From contig JAZOOH010000024.1 in the NCBI GenBank assembly GCA_045654905.1, positions 557 to 64,556 of the forward strand: DNA of 64,000 nucleotides. Reading direction: 5' to 3'. How positions within the stretch are numbered: position 1 is the stretch's first letter; each line of letters starts with the position of its first letter. A program made the position numbers and the translations under genes. Shown piece after piece: positions 27,740 to 36,601 of the stretch. Below the pieces are notes generated by a model. That model saw only the letters and a program-made list of their open reading frames with translations. It made no database searches and was not told the origin of the DNA. The stretch comes from Acutalibacteraceae bacterium. GTDB taxonomy: Bacteria > Bacillota > Clostridia > Oscillospirales > Acutalibacteraceae.

Positions 27740-29320
27740 TTACATTTCTACTGCTGCACGCTCAACCTTAAGTCCTTTTGTATAGCGCACCATAAATTTA
27801 TTGAAGCTTTCCTTAAGCTTTTCATCTGCTGTTGAGGTAACCATTTTTTGTGTTGCAAAAACATCCTCCTCAAGGAATTCTGCAAGAGATTTTCCACCCT
27901 TGCTTACCATATAGGCAGCAAGCACCGCAATACCCCATGCACCGCCCTCGCCTGCTGTTTCCATAACTGAAACAGGTGTATCCATAACAGCAGAAAGCAC
28001 GTTTTGCCCTACAAGAGGAGTTTTAAAGAAGCCGCCGTGACCTAAAATTTTATCTATGCCAACGTTTTCCTTCTTTAAAATATCAAGACCAGTTCGCAAT
28101 GCGCCAAAGCAGGTAAAGAGCTGCACCCTCATAAAGTTAGCTAAGCTAAAGTTGCTGTCCGGCTCTCTTATAAGAAGCGGTCTACCACTTTCAAAGCCTG
28201 TAATATGCTCACCTGAAAAATAGTTATATGAAAGAATGTTGCCTAAATCGTCATCTGCCTCAAGGCTCTTTTTAAAGAGTGCTGTAAAAATATCACCCAT
28301 ATTAAGAGAAATGCCCATTGTATCCGCAAAATCCTTAAAAAGATTTGCCCAAGCGTTAATATCTGAGGTACAGTTGTTACAATGCACCATTGCTACTGCA
28401 TCACCTGCAGGAGTTGTTACAAGGTCAATTTCCTCGTAGCGTTTTGAAAGCATTTTTTCAAGAACAATCATAGCAAAAACAGAGGTGCCTGCTGAAACGT
28501 TACCTGTTCTTACACCTACGGAGTTTGTTGCAACCATACCTGTGCCTGCATCACCCTCCGGCGGACACATTGGAATACCCTCCTGAAGGTCGCCCTCCGC
28601 ATCAAGTAAAAGAGCACCCTCTTTTGTTAATGCGCCTGCACTCTCACCTGCAGAAAGCACCTTTGGGAGAATATCCTGAAGCTTCCACGGGAAGCCCTTA
28701 ACCTCCTCAAGGGAATTAAATTTTTCAATATATGCTTCGTTGAATTTTCTTGTATTATCATCTATAGGGAACATACCTGATGCCTCGCCTACACCTAACA
28801 CCTTTTCACCTGTAAGCTTCCAATGAATAAAGCCTGCAAGAGTTGTAAAATAAGTAATATCCTTGACGTGTGGCTCGTTTATTAAAATTGCTCTGTAAAG
28901 ATGAGCTATGCTCCAGCGCTGCGGAATATTAAAGGAGAATAAATCCGAAAGCTTTGCTGCCGCCTCACCTGTAATGGTATTTCTCCACGTTCTGAAGGGT
29001 ACAAGAAGGTTTCCTGCAGCATCAAAAGGCATATAGCCGTGCATCATACCGCTTATGCCTATTGCCTTTAAGGCTTTAAGCGTTACACCGTACTCCTCCT
29101 GCACGTTTTTCTTAAGGGATGCATATGCACCCTTCATACCTGCATAAATTTCGTCAAGAGAATAGGTCCAGATGTTATCTACAAAGCTGTTTTCCCAATC
29201 GTAAGCACCTGAAGCAATAGGCGCATTGCTTTCATCAATAAGCACAGCTTTGATTCTTGTTGAGCCGAACTCAATACCTAAAACTGCTTTTCCGTTTAAA
29301 ATAAGCTCTTTATTTGTCAT
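27740..29320 (-). CDS. FGGY-family carbohydrate kinase (xylulokinase/ribulokinase-like; substrate not assignable)
   Basis: [17 protein letters not shown]-terminal ATPase motif, [11 protein letters not shown] and GGAWG motifs, 526 aa. Confidence 0.8.
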   Translation of the reverse strand: MTNKELILNGKAVLGIEFGSTRIKAVLIDESNAPIASGAYDWENSFVDNIWTYSLDEIYAGMKGAYASLKKNVQEEYGVTLKALKAIGISGMMHGYMPFDAAGNLLVPFRTWRNTITGEAAAKLSDLFSFNIPQRWSIAHLYRAILINEPHVKDITYFTTLAGFIHWKLTGEKVLGVGEASGMFPIDDNTRKFNEAYIEKFNSLEEVKGFPWKLQDILPKVLSAGESAGALTKEGALLLDAEGDLQEGIPMCPPEGDAGTGMVATNSVGVRTGNVSAGTSVFAMIVLEKMLSKRYEEIDLVTTPAGDAVAMVHCNNCTSDINAWANLFKDFADTMGISLNMGDIFTALFKKSLEADDDLGNILSYNYFSGEHITGFESGRPLLIREPDSNFSLANFMRVQLFTCFGALRTGLDILKKENVGIDKILGHGGFFKTPLVGQNVLSAVMDTPVSVMETAGEGGAWGIAVLAAYMVSKGGKSLAEFLEEDVFATQKMVTSTADEKLKESFNKFMVRYTKGLKVERAAVEM

Positions 29321-29375
29321 AAAAATTTCTCCTTTGAGATTTTATAAGGTGATTTTACCACAAAATATCTTCTTT

Positions 29376-29945
29376 TTAAAGATTTATTTCTAACTCTTTT
29401 ATTTTTTCTCTTAAATTCTGAAAATCCTTAAGTGCATCTGCCTTTTGTGCTTCATTTCTTAAAAGTGCGGCAGGATGAAAGGTTCCCATAAAATAAATAT
29501 TGCCCTTTTTTACAAATTGTCCGTGCTCCTTAGTCACCTTAAACTCGGGTGAAATGAGCCTTTGTGCGGCAATCCTGCCAAGGCAGACTATAATTTTAGG
29601 CTTTATGAGCCTTGTTTGCTCACGCAACCAACCAATGCACGCCTCCTGCTCCTCCTCAGAGGGGTCTCTGTTTTGCGGAGGACGGCATTTTACTATATTG
29701 GCAATATACACGTTTTGGCTTCTGTCCAAGGCTATTACGTTAAGATATTTATCTAAAAGCTGCCCTGCCTTACCAACAAAGGGCTCTCCTTGTAAATCCT
29801 CGTTTTCACCGGGGCCTTCACCTACAAACAATATTTCCGCCTGAGGGTTGCCCACACCGAAAACAAGGTTTGTTCTTGTTCCTGAAAGAGCGCATTTTTC
29901 ACAAGAAGCACACGCATTTTTTAATTCGTTTAAATTTTCGTACAT
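29376..29945 (-). CDS. Uracil-DNA glycosylase, family 4
   Basis: CxxC Fe-S region, GEGPGENED, GEPFVGKAG and HPAALLR motifs. Confidence 0.85.
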   Translation of the reverse strand: MYENLNELKNACASCEKCALSGTRTNLVFGVGNPQAEILFVGEGPGENEDLQGEPFVGKAGQLLDKYLNVIALDRSQNVYIANIVKCRPPQNRDPSEEEQEACIGWLREQTRLIKPKIIVCLGRIAAQRLISPEFKVTKEHGQFVKKGNIYFMGTFHPAALLRNEAQKADALKDFQNLREKIKELEINL

Positions 29946-31006
29946 TATAAAATAATCAACTCTTTTTCACAGCTTGTAAGATTAACGAACCCGTCCTTTG
30001 TTATAAGTGCCATATCCTCAATTCTTACTCCGAATTCATTCGGAATATAAATTCCCGGCTCTACCGTAACAACGTTACCCTCTCTTAAGACTGCTTCCGA
30101 CTTAGGAGAAAGGCTTGGTGCCTCGTGAATTTCTATGCCGACTCCGTGACCCGTGCCGTGACCGAAAAACTCCTTGTAGCCCGCAGCTTCTATTACGTCT
30201 CTTGCAGCCTTGTCTGCCTCAGAGCACGGAATACCCGCCTTTAAAACGGAAAGCGCCGCTCTTTGAGCCTTTAAAACTACGCTGTAAATTTCCTTTTGCT
30301 TTTCGGTTGGCTCACCCACTGCTACCGTTCTTGTCATATCACTATGGTAGCCGTTATAAACCGCACCAAAATCCATAGTTACAAAATCGCCGTTTTCTAT
30401 TTTTTTATTGGTAGGCACACCGTGCGGCATAGAGCTGTTTTTACCGCTTACTACAATTGTATCAAAGGAAACCGCCTCTGCCCCGTGTGAAAGCATATAA
30501 AAATCAAGCGCTAAGGCAAGCTCCTTTTCCGTTACGCCCGGCTTTATAAGCTCCAAGGAATGAGCAAAAGCCTCTTCTGCTATTTTTTGAGCCTTTTTTA
30601 TACACTCTGTTTCCGACTCGGTTTTTGATTCTCTCTGCTTACTTATGAGCGCATCAACCATCTCACTTGCCTCTACCCTAAAAAGCTCGAAAACCTTTTT
30701 AAGCCTGTTTAAATAGCCTACCGTTAACCTTTCAGCTTCTAAAAGTATGGACTCGACGCCCTTTTCCTTTAAATATGGCACTATTGCTTCACTCATACTT
30801 TTTAAAAGCACAGACCCGCAAGCAGTAATTTGCTTTTGTGCAGCCTCTATATAGCGGCTGTCTGTAAAAAACGTTGCCTCGTCCTTTGTTATGACTAAAA
30901 AGCCGTCGGTTGAATTAAAGCCTGTAAAATACCTGCGGTTTTCAGGTGAGGTTATAATTACCGCTGTTTTTGAGTCGGCAAGCACGGAAAAAAATATATC
31001 TAACAA
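29945..31006 (-). CDS. Xaa-Pro aminopeptidase/dipeptidase (M24B)
   Basis: DFGAVYNGYHSDMTRT, HGTGHGVGIEIHE and EPGIY..FGVRIED metal-ligand motifs. TTG 31006 follows AGGTG. The track start at 31045 lies inside the rpsU terminator hairpin. Confidence 0.85.
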   Translation of the reverse strand: MLDIFFSVLADSKTAVIITSPENRRYFTGFNSTDGFLVITKDEATFFTDSRYIEAAQKQITACGSVLLKSMSEAIVPYLKEKGVESILLEAERLTVGYLNRLKKVFELFRVEASEMVDALISKQRESKTESETECIKKAQKIAEEAFAHSLELIKPGVTEKELALALDFYMLSHGAEAVSFDTIVVSGKNSSMPHGVPTNKKIENGDFVTMDFGAVYNGYHSDMTRTVAVGEPTEKQKEIYSVVLKAQRAALSVLKAGIPCSEADKAARDVIEAAGYKEFFGHGTGHGVGIEIHEAPSLSPKSEAVLREGNVVTVEPGIYIPNEFGVRIEDMALITKDGFVNLTSCEKELIIL

Positions 31007-31021
31007 AAAAACACCTACTTT

Positions 31022-31058
31022 TAAAAATAAAAGAGATGATACCAAAAGGCATCATCTC
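31022..31058 (-). terminator. Terminator of rpsU
   Basis: GAGATGAT/ATCATCTC stem followed by TTTTATTTTT on the minus strand. Confidence 0.6.
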
Positions 31059-31064
31059 TCCATT

Positions 31065-31241
31065 TTAATAATATTTGCGTTTACGAGCAGCCTCGGATTT
31101 TTTCTTTCTCTTTACAGAGGGTTTTTCATAATGCTCTCTTTTACGTACTTCCTGAATAACACCGTCTCTTGATGTTTGTCTTTTGAATCTACGAAGAGCG
31201 CTATCTAAGGACTCGTTTTCTTTAACTTTTACCTGACTCAT
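31065..31241 (-). CDS. rpsU: 30S ribosomal protein S21
   Basis: Not in the track because it is under 60 aa. My translation is [58 protein letters not shown]. Confidence 0.9.
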   Translation of the reverse strand: MSQVKVKENESLDSALRRFKRQTSRDGVIQEVRKREHYEKPSVKRKKKSEAARKRKYY

Positions 31242-31366
31242 TTAACATTCCCTCCCTCCGTTGTCACCAACAAAGGTATAATTATCATAATACAAAATCT
31301 ATTATACAAGAAACGTAGCAAAGTGTCAAGCAAATTTTTTTAATATTTTGTTAAGTTTAATTATAC

Positions 31367-32191
31367 TTATTTCGCGTAGTTGCCAACCATAATCATATAC
31401 TCACCGATTTGTGCACCAAATTCGGGAGCACCATCCATAATAAGCTTACCCTTTTGAACAGATTCAATCATATCGTCAAGGGACATTAAAATACCTAACG
31501 CGCTGTCAAGATTATTAAAACGCATTGTAAAGAATGGTAACGCTCTTTTGTATTCACCGCGGCCTGCCTTACTTTTACCTGCCTTAATTCTTATGTAAGC
31601 AGAAACGGTAGGCTCACCGTCAACCTTCCACGCGTAAACACGGTCCGGACTCTTGGAGGTCCAGTCGTGAATTGTTTCGTGGCCCATTTTGTTAAGGGTG
31701 CTTATACCCGTAGAAAGAAGGTAAAAATAGCATTTTACTAAAAGGCGCTTATCCTCTTCCTTTGCAGGCGGAGCCTCAAGACCTAAAAGATTAGCCATTT
31801 TAAGAAGTGCCATCATAAACACGCCAAATTCATAAATGAAATTAACACCCTTCATTTTAGGAAGAGTTGCAGGGCCTATTTTACCCTTAAAGAAAGCGTT
31901 CATTGCTTCAACGCTTTTGAATTCAAGCTCAACAAATTTTTGCTTATCTACCCTTTGAGCAACCTTGTTTGCATGAATAAGCCACTCATCACCGTTAACA
32001 ACAAAGTGTGTTGCCCATTTTCCGTCCGGTGAATCACTGTCAAGACAGCTCACCTGGAAAACGCAATTAACCTTTTCGAACTTCTTTTTAAGTGATGGAA
32101 CGTCTGCAACGATAGTCTTTAAAAGAGGCAAGGCACCGCAAAGGAATATTTTATTTGTATAAAGTTGTTCTTTGTCTGCCACAAAGCTCAT
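31367..32191 (-). CDS. SCP2-like domain protein, paralog 2 (function unknown)
   Basis: 274 aa. The C-terminal LDDMIESVQKGKLIMDGAPEFGAQIGEYM resembles the SCP2 GKL-x-x-x-G helix motif. Its architecture parallels 35624-36391. Confidence 0.5.
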   Translation of the reverse strand: MSFVADKEQLYTNKIFLCGALPLLKTIVADVPSLKKKFEKVNCVFQVSCLDSDSPDGKWATHFVVNGDEWLIHANKVAQRVDKQKFVELEFKSVEAMNAFFKGKIGPATLPKMKGVNFIYEFGVFMMALLKMANLLGLEAPPAKEEDKRLLVKCYFYLLSTGISTLNKMGHETIHDWTSKSPDRVYAWKVDGEPTVSAYIRIKAGKSKAGRGEYKRALPFFTMRFNNLDSALGILMSLDDMIESVQKGKLIMDGAPEFGAQIGEYMIMVGNYAK

Positions 32192-32232
32192 TCCCTTCGA
32201 TTTTTAAATTAAAAAACAAAATCTTTCGGATT

Positions 32233-32426
32233 TTTGTAGAAATACTTAGGTTTGGGGTTTTGCGACCCCGTAGCGTACAAAGGTACGTGAGTTCGGGTCG
32301 CAACGAGCCAAAAATAAGTGCTCTTTAGCGTAATTTTGTATAGAAGTGCTTAGATTTGGGTTTTTGCGACCCCGTAGCGTACAAGGGTACGTGAGTTCGG
32401 GTCGCAAAGGGCCAAAGATAAGTGCT
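32233..32426. repeat. Tandem direct repeat (two units of about 100 nt), each a long imperfect hairpin
   Basis: The unit core TTTTGCGACCCCGTAGCGTACAA.GGTACGTGAGTTCGGGTCGCAA occurs twice. GCGACCC/GGGTCGC and GCGTAC/GTACGT pair, and flanking CTTAG.TTTGG / CCAAA.ATAAG pair. Confidence 0.75.
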
Positions 32427-32437
32427 TATATGCAAAA

Positions 32438-33448
32438 TTAAAATTCGTCATCCCAGTCGTTATCCTCTTCAAAATCAGCCTTCATAACCTCACGAACTGC
32501 TGCTATGATACCGTTTGAATCTATGCCAAGTGTAGACATAATATCCTCCTGGAGACCTATTGGTGCAAATTCATCTTGAATACCAAGCTTTTTAAATGCA
32601 CAGCCCTTACCGGATTCTACAACTACCTCTGCAACTGCTGAACCAAGACCACCTAAAACTGTGTGGTCCTCAACAGTAATAATACGGCGTGTTTCTGTAA
32701 CAGCCTTTAAAATAGCCTCTTTATCAATCGGCTTAATTGTGTGCATATCTAAAACACGAACCTTAAGACCGTCGGCATTGTTAAGGAAATCTGCTGCCTG
32801 AACAGCCTGGAAAACACAAGAGCCGCAAGCAATAATTGTGAGGTCTGTACCCTCGTGAACCTCAACAGCCTTACCGATTTCGAAGCCGTAGTCTGTTCCC
32901 TTGTAAAGAACACGGTCAAAGCCACGGTTAATTCTTATATAGAAAGGACCCGGTGTGTTGTATGCTGCCATAACTGCATTATAGGTTTCGTAGCCGTCTG
33001 CAGGGCAAATAACTGTAAGATTAGGAATAGAACGAGTTAAGGCGAGGTCACAAATTGCATGGTGAGTTGAGCCTGCCTGACCAAAGGAGGTACCTGAGTG
33101 TGTAGCAATTACCTTTGCGTTTACGTTCTGATAGCAAAGGTCTGTGTGAAGCTGGTCTGCTGAACGGAATGATGCGAATTGTGAGAAGGTTGAAAGGAAT
33201 GGTACAAGACCTGCCTTTGCCATACCTGCTGCAATACCGAACATATTCTGCTCTGCAATACCCACGTTAAAAAATCTGTCAGGGAATTTCTTTTGGAAAT
33301 CACCGATTTTTGTTGATTTTGCAAGGTCAGCTGTTAAAGCAACAACCTCGGGATGCTCCTCTGCTAATTCTACGAGTGCCTGACCGTAAATTTCTGCAGT
33401 TGAAAGAGAAGTTGACTGCTCTGCTGTATAAGATAAACCACCAGCCAT
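32438..33448 (-). CDS. Transketolase, C-terminal (pyrimidine-binding plus C-terminal domain) subunit
   Basis: YGQALVELAEEHPEVVALTADL, NVGIAEQNM and HSGTSFGQAGSTHH motifs. ATG 33448 lies 1 nt after the stop of the N subunit and is preceded by AAGGAGGG. Confidence 0.9.
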   Translation of the reverse strand: MAGGLSYTAEQSTSLSTAEIYGQALVELAEEHPEVVALTADLAKSTKIGDFQKKFPDRFFNVGIAEQNMFGIAAGMAKAGLVPFLSTFSQFASFRSADQLHTDLCYQNVNAKVIATHSGTSFGQAGSTHHAICDLALTRSIPNLTVICPADGYETYNAVMAAYNTPGPFYIRINRGFDRVLYKGTDYGFEIGKAVEVHEGTDLTIIACGSCVFQAVQAADFLNNADGLKVRVLDMHTIKPIDKEAILKAVTETRRIITVEDHTVLGGLGSAVAEVVVESGKGCAFKKLGIQDEFAPIGLQEDIMSTLGIDSNGIIAAVREVMKADFEEDNDWDDEF

Positions 33449-33449
33449 A

Positions 33450-34322
33450 TTATTCGCCCTCCTTTTCAGCACGTTCTACACGTTTTTTATATGATTCTTC
33501 AAGAGATTTTTTACCGATTTCGTATTTTTCGGTATCGAATGCACCGTAGTGCCATTTGTAGTCGCCCTCAATAAAGTCGATACCGCAGCCCTTAACTGTG
33601 TCGCAAAGAATCAACACAGGCTTATCTGTTTCGTTGTTATATGCAAAGTCAATAGCTTCGCAAAGCTCTTTAATGTTGTTACCGTCTATCTTTTTAACAA
33701 TAAAACCAAATGCCTCCCACTTGTCTGCGAGCGGCTCAAGAGCCATAACCTCCTCAGTAGGACCGTCTATCATATTGTGGTTACGGTCTACAAAGGTAAT
33801 AAGATTTGTAAGCTTAAAGTGAGCTGCAGACATTGCTGCTTCCCAGTTTGAGCCTTCGTCTAATTCACCGTCACCCAAAACCACAAAGGTTTTATAATCC
33901 TTCTTTAAAAGGCGTGCTGCAAGAGCAGTACCTACGCCAATTGAAAGTCCGTGACCGAGTGAGCCTGTGGAAGCATCTACACCCTTAACCTTGTTTGCAT
34001 CAAGGTGAATACCCATTTTTGAGCCTGAAAGGTTGAAGGTTTTAAGAAGCTCCTTATCATTAAAGCCTAAGTCACAAAGAACAGGTGCGTAAGCAATACC
34101 TGCATGTCCCTTACTTAATATGAATCTGTCGCGGTCCTCCCAATCAGGATTTTCCACCTTAATATTCATATATTTGTGGTAGCAAACCGTCATAATATCC
34201 ATGGCGCTCATACCGCCACCAATATGACCGCTGCCTGCCCAATACGTTGTATCAAGGCAAAGGTTACGAAGCTCGTGTGCTTTCTTTTCAAGCTGGAGCC
34301 ACTCTTGTTTAGTTAATGCCAT
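33450..34322 (-). CDS. Transketolase, N-terminal (ThDP-binding) subunit
   Basis: SGHIGGGMS, SKGHA and VVLGDGELDEGSNWEA (GDG..N ThDP motif). Confidence 0.9.
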   Translation of the reverse strand: MALTKQEWLQLEKKAHELRNLCLDTTYWAGSGHIGGGMSAMDIMTVCYHKYMNIKVENPDWEDRDRFILSKGHAGIAYAPVLCDLGFNDKELLKTFNLSGSKMGIHLDANKVKGVDASTGSLGHGLSIGVGTALAARLLKKDYKTFVVLGDGELDEGSNWEAAMSAAHFKLTNLITFVDRNHNMIDGPTEEVMALEPLADKWEAFGFIVKKIDGNNIKELCEAIDFAYNNETDKPVLILCDTVKGCGIDFIEGDYKWHYGAFDTEKYEIGKKSLEESYKKRVERAEKEGE

Positions 34323-34345
34323 AAGATTTACCTCCCGTAATTATA

Positions 34346-35611
34346 TTATTTAAAAAGTTCCGGATGATTATTTTTAACTACCTTAAACGCTTCATCTGCA
34401 ATTTCAATAGTTCTGTTAATATCCTCATGAGTCAATGCCGCATTTATAAAGTGGTTGTGGTGAGATGCAAAGAAAACGCCACGGTTTACACACTCTGCAA
34501 TCCAATCCTGGTGAAGAAGCATTGAATCATCATTTGCAATTCTTAAATAGAAAAGTGCCGGTGGGCCTGAGGTTACAAGGTCAAAGCCGTTCTCCTTACC
34601 TGCCTTTTTAAGACCCTCTAAAAGCTCTGTACCAAGGTCGTTAAAGAGCTTTGGTGCATTTATTGCTTTAAGCTTATTTATACAAGCAATACACGCTGCA
34701 AACGGTACTGCACTCATCCAGTAGGAGCCTGTGTAGGAGAGAGAGGATGCCGCACTTCTTAAAAACTCCTTACCGCAGAAGGCTGACATATTGTAGCCGT
34801 TGGCAAGTGCCTTACAGAAGCAAATAATATCTGCCTCAAATCCAAAGAAATGGTCTGAGCCTGCTAAGTCAAGACGGAAGCCTGCACGAACGTCGTCTAT
34901 AATAAGAACAATATCCTTTTCGGTACAAAGCTTTCTTACCTCCTGCCAAAAGCCGTCTACAGGGAAAGCATTGTCGAAGAAGTTGCCGTGGTTGTATGGC
35001 TGAGCAATAATTGCTGCAACCTCACCCTCGTTTTCCTCCAAGGTCTTTTTAAGACCCTCAATATCATCCCACTTACAGTAGAGGTTGTTTGCTACGTCCT
35101 CGGGAGTAACACCGGGGTAGTCAATTTTTTGTACCATTGGTGAAACGCCGTGGTAGAAGCCGTTAAAGAAAATAAGCTTTTTTCTGTGTGTGTAAGCACG
35201 TGCTGTTAAAATAGCGCCCTGCGTTGCATCATTACCGTTTTTTGCAAAGAATGCCCAGTCTGCTGTATTAACCGTATCTACCAAAAGCTCCGCACACTCT
35301 ACCATAACCTTATCGGGTGAAGAAGTACAGTTACCCTTTTTAATTTGCTCTATAGCGGCATTGTCTACGTCCTCGTCACAATAGCCTAATATATTAGGAC
35401 CGTAAGCACACATATAGTCTATGTACTGATTTCCGTCTACGTCCCAGAAATAGGTGCCCTTTGCTTTTTCTGAAAAGCGAGGCCATCTGTTAACCGGAAT
35501 AAACTGACCCTCTGCAGGGCCTAAATGTCCGTAAACGCCTGATGGAATGACCTTTGTTGCTCTGTCATACCACTCGTTAGATGCTGTTGTTGAGTATAAT
35601 GGAAAAGACAT
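34346..35611 (-). CDS. Class III PLP aminotransferase, glutamate-1-semialdehyde-aminomutase-like
   Basis: IPSGV, DVDGNQYIDY, IIDDVRAGFR and a FCKALANG Lys region, 421 aa. Confidence 0.85.
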   Translation of the reverse strand: MSFPLYSTTASNEWYDRATKVIPSGVYGHLGPAEGQFIPVNRWPRFSEKAKGTYFWDVDGNQYIDYMCAYGPNILGYCDEDVDNAAIEQIKKGNCTSSPDKVMVECAELLVDTVNTADWAFFAKNGNDATQGAILTARAYTHRKKLIFFNGFYHGVSPMVQKIDYPGVTPEDVANNLYCKWDDIEGLKKTLEENEGEVAAIIAQPYNHGNFFDNAFPVDGFWQEVRKLCTEKDIVLIIDDVRAGFRLDLAGSDHFFGFEADIICFCKALANGYNMSAFCGKEFLRSAASSLSYTGSYWMSAVPFAACIACINKLKAINAPKLFNDLGTELLEGLKKAGKENGFDLVTSGPPALFYLRIANDDSMLLHQDWIAECVNRGVFFASHHNHFINAALTHEDINRTIEIADEAFKVVKNNHPELFK

Positions 35612-35623
35612 TTTGTAGCCCCC

Positions 35624-36391
35624 TTATGCTAAATATAATGCTACACGGTCTAAAATACGGTTAACGTTGTCAAGCATATTAACCATACCGTGCATTTCTA
35701 TTTTTCCCGTGCCTATGCAGGTTAAAGCATTTACCTTGCCGTCAAACAAGGCTCTTGCTATTTCAATTGAATCAAAAATCATAGCCGCTCTGTATTTTTC
35801 AGGAGGCTTTTTAACCGTAACAAGACGGTTGTCCTTACAAATAAGCTCAACGCCTATATCGTTTTTAATGCCTATAAAAATACTGCCGTCTATAATGTTA
35901 GAAGCACTGAATTTTCCGATTTCGTCGTTATTACCGATTTGTGAAATAGCAACGCCTATTGTGTAAAGCATAAGACGGGTGCTTCTTTCAAAAAATACAG
36001 GGTCCTTTAAATCGTCGTCACTTGCTCTCATATATTTTGAAAGCAGGTCTGTAAGAGGCACGAATTTTTTAAGCAAAAAGCTTATGTGTGTAAAGCCCTT
36101 TGACGGAATAGGTGTAACAGTACCGTCTATAAGGCCGTTGAACTTTTCCGGTGATGAAAACGGAAGCTTAATATCACAAGCGCCGCAGCCCTGCTCCATA
36201 CGGCATTTGCCGTTTTTGAAAAACAGAGTTGCCGACGGGCCGCCCTTAACCTCAAAACCGATTGAAAGCGGCTTTTGGTCCTTAATAATTTCCGCTGCCT
36301 CAGGCACTAAATCACAAAGATTTTCCAAAGTGCCGAGAACACCGAACATATTTATGTATGCTAACGTTCTTGCATCCATTAAATTCTGCAT
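35624..36391 (-). CDS. SCP2-like domain protein, paralog 1 (function unknown)
   Basis: 255 aa. The C-terminal ARALFDGKVNALTCIGTGKIEMHGMVNMLDNVNRIL matches the SCP2 signature pattern. Confidence 0.5.
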   Translation of the reverse strand: MQNLMDARTLAYINMFGVLGTLENLCDLVPEAAEIIKDQKPLSIGFEVKGGPSATLFFKNGKCRMEQGCGACDIKLPFSSPEKFNGLIDGTVTPIPSKGFTHISFLLKKFVPLTDLLSKYMRASDDDLKDPVFFERSTRLMLYTIGVAISQIGNNDEIGKFSASNIIDGSIFIGIKNDIGVELICKDNRLVTVKKPPEKYRAAMIFDSIEIARALFDGKVNALTCIGTGKIEMHGMVNMLDNVNRILDRVALYLA

Positions 36392-36440
36392 AAATTTAAC
36401 TCCCTTCCGAGCTTTTTTACGTTCATAACAATACTATTTT

Positions 36441-36469
36441 ATTTTAACAGACTGTACTATTAAAGTCAA
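36441..36469 (-). promoter_or_regulatory. Candidate promoter of the minus-strand cluster operon
   Basis: On the minus strand: TTGACT (36469-36464), a 17-nt spacer, then TAAAAT (36446-36441). Confidence 0.45.
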
Positions 36470-36512
36470 CAAATCTTTGTGCCTATTTGTTAATTTTTTT
36501 ATCACTTTTTAC

Positions 36513-36542
36513 TTGACATTTTGTATTTATAAATAGTATAAT
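36513..36542 (+). promoter_or_regulatory. Candidate promoter of the plus-strand cluster operon
   Basis: TTGACA (36513-36518), an 18-nt spacer, then TATAAT (36537-36542). The inverted repeat AGTGAA-N6-TTCACT at 36546-36563 follows immediately. Confidence 0.5.
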
Positions 36543-36601
36543 CATAGTGAACGTAAATTCACTTTTGTGTCTTTAAATATTTGTTTTTGGAGGTCTTTAA
36601 A

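Noticed and set aside
27740-29320. Including the FGGY kinase as a member of the orphan metabolic cluster
   Set aside because: It lies on the same strand but is separated from the cluster by rpsU (with its own terminator), the aminopeptidase and udg. Linkage is therefore possible but not supported by the sequence alone.
31007-31045. Longer start (ATG 31045) for the M24 aminopeptidase
   Set aside because: The extension (MVSSLLFLKVGVF) lies inside the rpsU terminator hairpin and T-run. TTG 31006 after AGGTG gives an N-terminus consistent with the family.
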